This document shows, in pieces, positions 37,501 through 46,500 of a stretch of 64,000 bases of DNA; position 1 is the first letter of the stretch, and each line of letters starts with the position of its first letter. Under the pieces are notes generated by a model. It saw nothing but the letters and a program-made list of their open reading frames with translations, had not been told where the DNA came from and did not search any database. This DNA comes from Amphiscolops sp. MND2022. Taxonomy: Eukaryota. Made by a program: the position numbers and the translations under genes. The stretch spans positions 54,374,001 through 54,438,000 of the forward strand of contig OZ076413.1 of assembly GCA_964187785.1 (NCBI GenBank). The letters are read 5' to 3'.

Positions 37501-40500
37501 GAGCTTCCTTGAAAGAAATCCATTTTACCGCATTAGAAAACTTCCGGAAGTGCTTTGAAAACTCGAATGATATCGTGTTATCACGTGTCTACTAATGGAA
37601 ACAGGAAGCATTTTGTGAACAAATTTAGCCCTGATCAAGTTAAATTAGGTTCAAAATTGAAGCAAACCAACCTTCAGCTGAAGACATTCTGTTCTGAATC
37701 GCCTATTGTAGATGTCCCAAATAAGACGTTCAAGATGTGGGACTTGGCCGAGATCGGCTTGAAGACGGGATCCGGGATTACTCCGAAGAGAAGAGCTGAC
37801 GAGGATGCTATGGACGTGAATAAATAGATATCAGTCGGGAGAGTGTAAATGAAGAAGACAAATGCGAGATAATCGGAAATGGAACTGATTTGGAATATAA
37901 ATGTAATTTATTAGAAAATTGGAGTTCGTGGCTGAAGAAAATTACCAGACTAATATTATACAATTATCTACATATTTAAACCGTACACATGGAGTCTGCC
38001 AGCGAAGTGTACAGGACCTTCATCATTAATTACACCTTACCTAAGTTAGTAGCCGGTTACGGCTGTTTACCGTGTTTCGTTTTGTTTTGTTCAGTTACAT
38101 CAGTTGCTCTTAGTTAGATTTTCCGCCATTTTGAAATTATTTAGACTTTTATTTTTCGCCATTTTATTATTCATTTTTCAAATTATCGAAGCTTGGCTCT
38201 GATTGGCTGAAGCCATTACGAGAAATTTTGGTGACGCGTGCTGTTAATTGCTTACAAGCGACCCGTTAATTACCCACTTGAGACGGGTGTAGTTTATATT
38301 CATAAGTCGAGCGTCATTCACACCTCTTCTAGTGATGACACTGATGAGGGGTAAACATCAGGTTATCAAAGGAAGCCGGCTTATTATGAAATTCCATTGA
38401 AGAATGTTTGTGACGAATCGGGGCAATCGACCAAAGTTTTAACCGCCAAATTGAAATTTCGGGAAAAAGCCTAACTCGGCTAGTTTCTTGTTTCAGACAA
38501 ATTCTTTCTACCTAAAACTTCATCTCAACTCAGTTGCCCCTACTAGCTTCAAAAATAGCAAAGAAAGTCATCATGAACAAATATAACCTCGCAAGGAAAC
38601 TCGGTCTGGAAGAACATGACTGATGATTCTGAGANNNNNNNNNNNNNNNNNNNNNNNNNNNNNNNNNNNNNNNNNNNNNNNNNNNNNNNNNNNNNNNNNN
38701 NNNNNNNNNNNNNNNNNNNNNNNNNNNNNNNNNNNNNNNNNNNNNNNNNNNNNNNNNNNNNNNNNNNNNNNNNNNNNNNNNNNNNNNNNNNNNNNNNNNN
38801 NNNNNNNNNNNNNNNNNNNNNNNNNNNNNNNNNNTATCGAGCAGCGAGGAAGAGTCATCAGATTGGGAGGGAGACCGACTGTTCTACGGACACGGAGCAG
38901 CTTGTTGCAAGAATCAAAAAAGAAGTCACCTCCAGCTCCATGCTAATTGGGGGCCGCGTAATGACTATGGAGGAACCTTCAGAAGACGAACCAGAAGCTG
39001 TCCCCAGTTCTTCCCAGATGCGAACAGACGTGACTCCGAAGTTTGACCACAAGTACTTTGACGAGGAGATGTGTTACGCTGCCCCCAAAGAAAGCAGGTA
39101 AATCTCGGATTGAACTTTGCAAAACCCTAATGCCCGTGCCAGAGTCGCCTATGTCACCGCCTGATCACGAAAGAGGGCCAAGTATGGACACCCCCCTGAT
39201 GCAGCCTGTTATGGGAGGTTTTCATGCCTCCTACCATGTGCAAAACACCAGGCCCTACGAAAATATTAGCACGAAGTTATATTCAGGATGCATGGTCTGT
39301 GGCAGATCTTCAGAGGCTATCAAGAAGGAGAAGGTGGAATGGTACGTCGCGAGGTCCAAGCCCAGAGGGGAACCCGAATACATAACAAAGATCAGAAGGG
39401 AAGCGTACGAAAGGGGACTGAACGCTGGCGCTTTTCTCTTTATAACACCCGCAGTGTCGCAGGCTGCCGCCTGTGACGGTACTTTAATAACAACAACAGC
39501 GACAAGCCAGGAGACATTGCCCGGAACTTTGCCTACATTTTGAGCAAGTATTTTTTGTATTTCAAAACTTACTTTTAGTAACAATATTTGCCCTCAAACC
39601 ATTACATTTTCCAATACGTTGCAGTTTATATTAGTCTGTTAATATTACGATTTGGGATAGGCCAAATCAGTTTGCTGATGTATTTACTGTAGAATAGAAT
39701 TAAAATGCAAGATTGATTTGATGCAATAACAAACAACAAGCAAGTTAATCGCGAGAAGGAAACGTGCTCAAGTGCGGAAACGTCCTTTCTCGCCGACGTA
39801 ACCTGCTTTGCATTGCCAGCCAATCATATCGTCCCTTTTGAATTATTGGCGCTTTTATTACATAATGGCCGAATAAGGCCTTTTGACTTAACACTGTGCG
39901 CGTTTGCTGGTACTTATGTCAAATGGCCGGTTCCGGCCAATTCATAAATTATAGTATTTTGTTGTCTAATTAAGCAAGTAATTACTCGGAGCTAACTTTC
40001 CATGATTTGAAACTAAATTAAAGCATTTGTAACGCTTTAATGTCTGTACAATTTTAACCTAAAAAGGTGGACAATTAAGGCCATCTTACCATGTCTTTTT
40101 GAAAGTTGTGTATTTTATGATTTTGAGACTATTCCGGCACTAACATGAAAGTGCGTTCTCATATATATCTGGATTGTATTGAAGCAATATACACGTGATG
40201 ATGCATTCCATTTTCAATAACATGTGTCGGCACGTGCCTTTACCACACTCCGCTGTAAGGAATGTGAGCGGAGGCATTTGTTGACGCTTTGATATGATGC
40301 CTTAGTTGATAACTGATTTAATGCTTCTGTCTTGATCAAATGACCTTTGAATGCCATTCCCTAAATGTCCCCTAATAATATGCAGTTGTCGGGACATTCT
40401 CTGTGAAGTAATAAATCACATGATCCCATTTTTCTTGACTAGTTATGTAAGGAATGTAATTGTCACTCCCAAAAGGGTATAAATAGTGCTACCCCGTTGG

Positions 40501-43500
40501 GGAAATCATTAATTCCTTTCACCTTGCTCTAGTTAAGTTTAATCTACAAACGGCACCGCTGTTATTTTCCGTATTGATCAATTCATTGTTAATCCGGAAC
40601 TGTTTCCATGCCTACTACTAGAAAACAGAAAAAGGCAAGAAAGTCAAGAGGACTTGAAATGTTGTCAGATATTGAGAACATAGACATTATGTTAGGTGAA
40701 AATCACTCTAACGCAAGAGAGAGAGAGAAGGTAGTTTGAACAGTAACTTGCCCTGAAGATCTAGAAGCTTTGCGAGCAATGAATCTGAGAATGAATATGG
40801 AAGTATAGGTAGAAATCAGGGAAATAATCACTTCAGAACAAATACTGAATATGATCGAAATTCAGCTACAGCCAACTCTAGTGCTGAGATAAACAGGTTG
40901 TCAAGTGAATTGAATTCCCGCATTTCACGGGAAATGGACGAGATGATGAATTCTGTGAGTGTTCAGATACAAAGGGCCATAAGCGATGCAATAAGCACTC
41001 AAGTGCTCCCTCAGATCCAAAATGTTATGATGGCCGGATCGGGACGAGGGACCAGAAAAGGATGGGACGTTCCGTCCGAGAGACCGGAACAAAATTCCGA
41101 AGTTCAGCGAAACTTAAATGCAAAAAACAACTTAAGAAATGAACAAGATGGGAATCAGTCAGGCAATGATTTTCCTAGTTTAAATGTTCATGACAGATGA
41201 GAATCAATATTTAATGAAATTTTAGTTGGCTTTGCTGGAGTTGATGGAATTGCAATCCGCTAAAGCGGGATTGCACATACTACTAGGTGAACAAAAACAC
41301 GAAACGCTCAAAAATTTGCGTTTTTTAGAATGAAGCCCTTGTTATGTAATCACATCTTCAACTCTACACATCTTTATCAGCGACTTCGGTTCTAGTGTTC
41401 CAAGCAGAAAACGTTGCATGCAGAAATTTTTCTATTATCTTCTTTCTAATTTTCTATTATCTTCCAGTGAAAATTCTATTTCCCCAGTAAAAATAGATAT
41501 AATCTCTAAGTATTTATTTCCATATAAAATTCGTTCAGACCCATGCTTCTTATCCCCCCACACCATCAATTTTTTCAAAGGAGAAATTCAAAAATTGTTT
41601 CAATATGACCCTGATTAGAAATTTTCCAAAACAGGAAAACAGGAAGTTAACTTCCATTGGGATAGTTTTTCGTTTGAACAAAAACTTTTTCACTTTTTTG
41701 ACTGTGATTATGTTCGAATTAACTGTTTTTTTGGTGGCGGGATTGGAAGTCGGCATTGAATTACGCAAATATTCAGCACAACTTTTCTGAAATTAGAGTC
41801 TAGTTTTGAATTTAAACCAATCAGAGATTATTCTGGCTAGTGCATACTATTTGATTTCTGCATGCAACGCTTTCTGTTCAGTGAACGGACACCAGCGACT
41901 TCGTTTCTCACTTTTTATGTGCGGGAAATTGCTTTGCTTTGACAAAAAGATGTCAATTTGACTGCTTGACAAGCAAAATTTCAGTGTTCAAAGCTCCTTT
42001 TCAAATATTTGTTGAGAAATATTTGAAACATTGAGAACTCGGAAATTTTATGCGTTCACCTAGTCCTTCCTCCTAGTGTAAAATATCTTGAAACTCTTGC
42101 CAAGATCTTGGATTTTCCCGCAAATTCCCGTTACCTCTTGATAAGATCTTGAATTATCTTGGACCGTTAAGTCAAAAAATCCGGGAGGTGAAAACTGCAT
42201 GTAGCAAGTCTGTGATAATTTATGCATTTCATCAAATACCAACCAGGAGCGTTCGTATGGAACGAATTTTGTTTATTATAAAATTTCCTGCGGAAACATG
42301 GAAAAATATTGAAGATGAAATCAGGGAAACTTTCCAAAAGTATTTTGGAGCCAAATTCTTGAATAAGATTGATAACATTGTAATAATACAAAACAACGTC
42401 TGTTTTAGACTGGAACTGTTGTATACTAATACAGTATACTAATCTCAGTTCACAAATTCTCTATTTTAGTGGTGCTTAAGAGCATCACTTTTATCAAAAT
42501 AAAGAAAATTTAAGACTTTTTCATTCATGATCATCAAGTAATATCTTGCTTTATCCCGCTTATTCTTGGGTTTTCCCAGATTTCTTGGCAAGATTCTTGG
42601 CATTTCTTGGAATTCTTGACACGATTCTTGGCATTTCTTGGATTTGTTGACAAGATTCTTGGCATTTCTTGGATTTGTTGACAAGATTCTTGGTTTTTCC
42701 TGAAAGATTTTTGGTACTAAAACCCTTTTTGTGCTTTTTTTGAGTGGAAAAAATTAGGAATTTTTCTTGAAGTTCTCGGCAAGATCTTGCAAGATCGTAC
42801 ATATTCATGGCGCTCCTGGTAAGAATCTTGCCAAAATTCTTGCCAAGGGTTTCAAGAATTTACAACATTCTTGGCAAGAATTTCAAGATATTTTACACTT
42901 CCACATATGTAAATGGAACAACGACTGCACAATTTTAAAATACATGCATGCCGGACACTACTCTGTTTTATACCCTTGTCGAGTCTGCCCAAACTTTTTG
43001 CATGCTGCAAACCTGCATGCACGGAAGTTTTTTCAATGAAGAAACATAGACTGTTCAGTAAGTTTCTGATGGTAAACCTTAAAAGAATATACTACAGCTT
43101 CCACTATTGAAATTGAATGGAAAATTATTTCTTCTTCGATACCGACGCGATCACGTTGTTTTCGGAAGGCGGAAATTCCGTCGTCAGAAATTTCGTCGTC
43201 AGGAACTTCGTCGTATTGATTAGAATTAACAACGTTCACCAAAAGATATCGTTTGAATTATTCAATTATTTAATTGTTAAAATGAGATCTTGAAAACAAG
43301 TTTAATTTTGACACCACACCTGAGTAAAAAAAAGTTAATTGCATTCAATCATCTCATCAAGACGCTTATGGAGCAATGGTATATGTTCAGTCCTACCGGC
43401 AGAACTACATAACTGAGCTTTACAATACAATTTAAGCTTGTTCCAGGGTTTTTTTTGTAGAAAATTATAAAAAACTGTAATAATTTTTGCTTTAGGTGTC

Positions 43501-46500
43501 GAAACAACTTCGTTTTGGGGCATAAGAAACAAGGTGATCTGAACAAGGGGGTAAGGAAAATGGTCCGAAACCTTTTCTCTCAAAAAGTAGTCAATGAAAG
43601 CAATAATTGCACAATTATCGATAAATATCAGGATATTTGTCAATACTGGATAATTATTAAGACTCAATGATAAGATTATTCCTAATAGATTAGAGAAAAT
43701 GCGAGGTTTCATAGAACGTAATCACCGACGACGAAATTTCCGACGACGTAGTTTCTTGTAATCGTTGTTTTCACACTTTTTTTCTATTTGCTCATCTGAT
43801 GTTAAAACGCTTGCTGACAACCATCAAAGACATTGCAAGAAATGTTAAGGAGTTTGTACTAGGATATGAAAGGAATAAGACGGTACTTCTCACTTCTATA
43901 TCTTGGCTCCAGAAGTCAGTGCAGTGTGGGCGCCCCTCGATTAGTCTGTCTTCACTGGGGAGACCCGAATAGGTCTCAAACCTGTTCATCTCACACATGT
44001 TGGGGAAGCCGAGCGAGATCTGTTCGAAGTGTAGAACCATTTTAATATCGCTGTCTCTGAAACATGGCAAGCAAAAATGATACATCTTATTGGTCTGTCT
44101 TAGCAGTGTTTTTGTTCCGCTTTTGTTCATGATTCAAAGATTGTAACGTAATACCTTCTTTGTTCTCTGTTCAATGTATTCTTATAATCAACATCTTCCA
44201 AAAAGCTTCCAATCTTCCAATTTTGATTTGTTTTGTTTTCACTGACTTTGGTAATCTCTTTAATCGCTCAACTACACTGCCCTTCCAAACTGATGGCCGA
44301 AGTAAACTGTAATAAACAAACTGATAGCTAGCAAAAGACCCCATTTGGATGTCTCCGCGTCAAGACTGGTGCATTGAATCCTACTGAGTGTCAAAAAGAT
44401 GGAAAACCGCCCTTCTCTTCAACTGAAGATTTCAGAAGACGCAAATTGGTGGATAAAATCATGTTTCGAAAAAAAAACAGTTCTCCCGAAAAAAAGTCGC
44501 ACATTGCCAAAAACCCATAGGGGATTCTTTCGGCGAAACATGGAAAAAAGAGGTACCCTTTGATGAAATGGAAACTTTTTGATAAACATCTACCCTAGTA
44601 AAACTATAAAACGCTAAGGTGACCTTGATTAAACTATAAAATACTCTACTCGAATGAGTCCCCTTTGGCTTCTTAGAATCGAGGAGCAAAAAGTCAGTAA
44701 AAAATGGACCATTTAGTGCGAGGTCTGTGTTCTGACGAAAGAAACACTTGCTTGCTACTATAGTAGTCGGGTACTATTTCTACAAAAACCTTCGATTGAA
44801 AAGAAGCAAAAGCTTCGAACAAAAGGTTTAGAACATACTTTTTATGAAACTTTGAACGGAGACTAGCTAAAACTAAGACATACTTTCGCAGATAGGTGTC
44901 GAAACATTAACAAGAAGCCCACTGAGCAGAAGGATATTTTCTGCCTCAAACTAAACTAGCTACGGCATTTTTCGGCATCGAAAAAAACTTCTACGCCTTT
45001 CTTTCACTTCACGCCTTGCTTTGAAAATCACTTTCAAATAAAAGTAGGTTTAGCAGTCATACTTTTTGTTATTGAACTCCATGAATATTCATACCACAAG
45101 TTTTTAAGATCATAATTGGGTATTTTGGGTAATTAAAAAAGTGGGATCGGCCCAAGTCGAAGACCCACTCGAGGGTCAAAAGGAGCAAAGTGTTTGATTT
45201 TTTCAATGGAAAACTGTGAATTTTTTTGTGAAAACTGTGAAAACTGTGAAATGGAATATTGTGAAATTTTTCACAAATCATGAAGTGCCAAAAAACACAT
45301 AAAGGGTACCTTTGAGACTCGAAAACAGCTTATTTCTGAATGGGAAACATCTGAATAACACAAATTTTTGAGATTCCATAAAATTTTCAAACAAAAGAAA
45401 AAAAAGTGCCAAGAACCGAAAAAGAGACCCTTAAGGCTCGTTAAACGCTTTTTCAAACCGAAAACTTTAAAACAACTACAGTAGTTACCTTTTGATGAAA
45501 TTCAAAAATTTGTCGAAACAAAAGTTCCACAGTTTTGAAAGAACCCTAAGGACACTTTGGTCTCATTTTTTTGCAAACATCAGAAAACAAAATCCATCCT
45601 GGGATTCGAACCCATGTAATTTTGCTGTTCAGCCTTTCCCCTTCGCCAAGTGGTCGTGCCGTTCTCATGTCATACGGGATAGGGTTACAGAACAAGAGAA
45701 ATGCAACTGTTGGCTGATCTTTAAAAAAGCCTCAAAACTATAGTCGTCTTTTCAATCGAAAGCGCAAATTAAAATTTTTTTTAAATATTGTCATTATGCT
45801 GAAAATGCAATTTTTGTGTATTCGAACGCTGTGGTTATTCATATAACCTAAGCGTTCGAAAAATTTACGGAAATTGTCTATCACGGTTTCAATTGGAGAA
45901 AAGTTGCAGTCCTTTGGATTTTGTTTCTGCACCACGACATTGGAACATGGCAAAATTTGGAAAAAAGTGGCTTTTAGTAATTTGCGGACGGAAAAAATCA
46001 ATCAAAAATAAACTCGAAAAAAGACCAAGAAACAATATCGATAAAAATCACGACGGGTCACAGAGAGAAGTTGCAGAGAGGCGCCAAGTTTGCGATATTT
46101 AGAACATCATTTCTCACGTATTCAAAATTTCTCAGCCATACCATTCTAATGGTCATTACCGGAATACTTGGGACTTATTTGAATTCATTCAGAGAGACAT
46201 TATGAAACATTATTACTTGTAAATTATCTCACCCTATGGTATCGGGGGGTCTGTAGATGATCCACGTGCAATCAATCCCGAAGAGGGGTATGAGGGGGAA
46301 CTCTCTGTACATAAAATCGGAGGATACATAGGCCTTAGGGCACAAGCCGCATTGTGTTGCATGAACTGGTAGTGAGTTAAAAATTATTTAAAAAACTAAA
46401 AAATCAAATTCGAAGTAAAAATAACACACTTCTCGAAAAACCAAAGCCGCGTTCCATGGGATTTGGACTGATTCTTTGTACTCTTTGACTATTCTCATTC

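Larger units (their letters stand above)
25535..41195 (+). mobile_element. Full-length Ty3/gypsy LTR retrotransposon (15.7 kb, now defective), intronic and antisense to Neto
   Basis: Two 1741-bp TG...CA LTRs at offset 13920, TSD GATGA (25530-25534 / 41196-41200), PBS, gag, and pol in the order PR-RT-RH-IN. Confidence 0.95.

Noticed and set aside
33860-37523. Tyrosine recombinase (DIRS-like) or env reading of the antisense gene
   Set aside because: No R-H-R-Y motifs, no signal peptide or TM; the element has a DDE integrase, direct LTRs and a TSD.
41251-41275. Hairpin TGCAATCCGC-TAAA-GCGGGATTGCA near the insertion site
   Set aside because: A single short stem with no supporting context.
42580-42690. 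CRISPR-like appearance of short repeats (also 20810-21575, 46585-46750)
   Set aside because: Tandem units without unique spacers, in eukaryotic context, with no cas genes.
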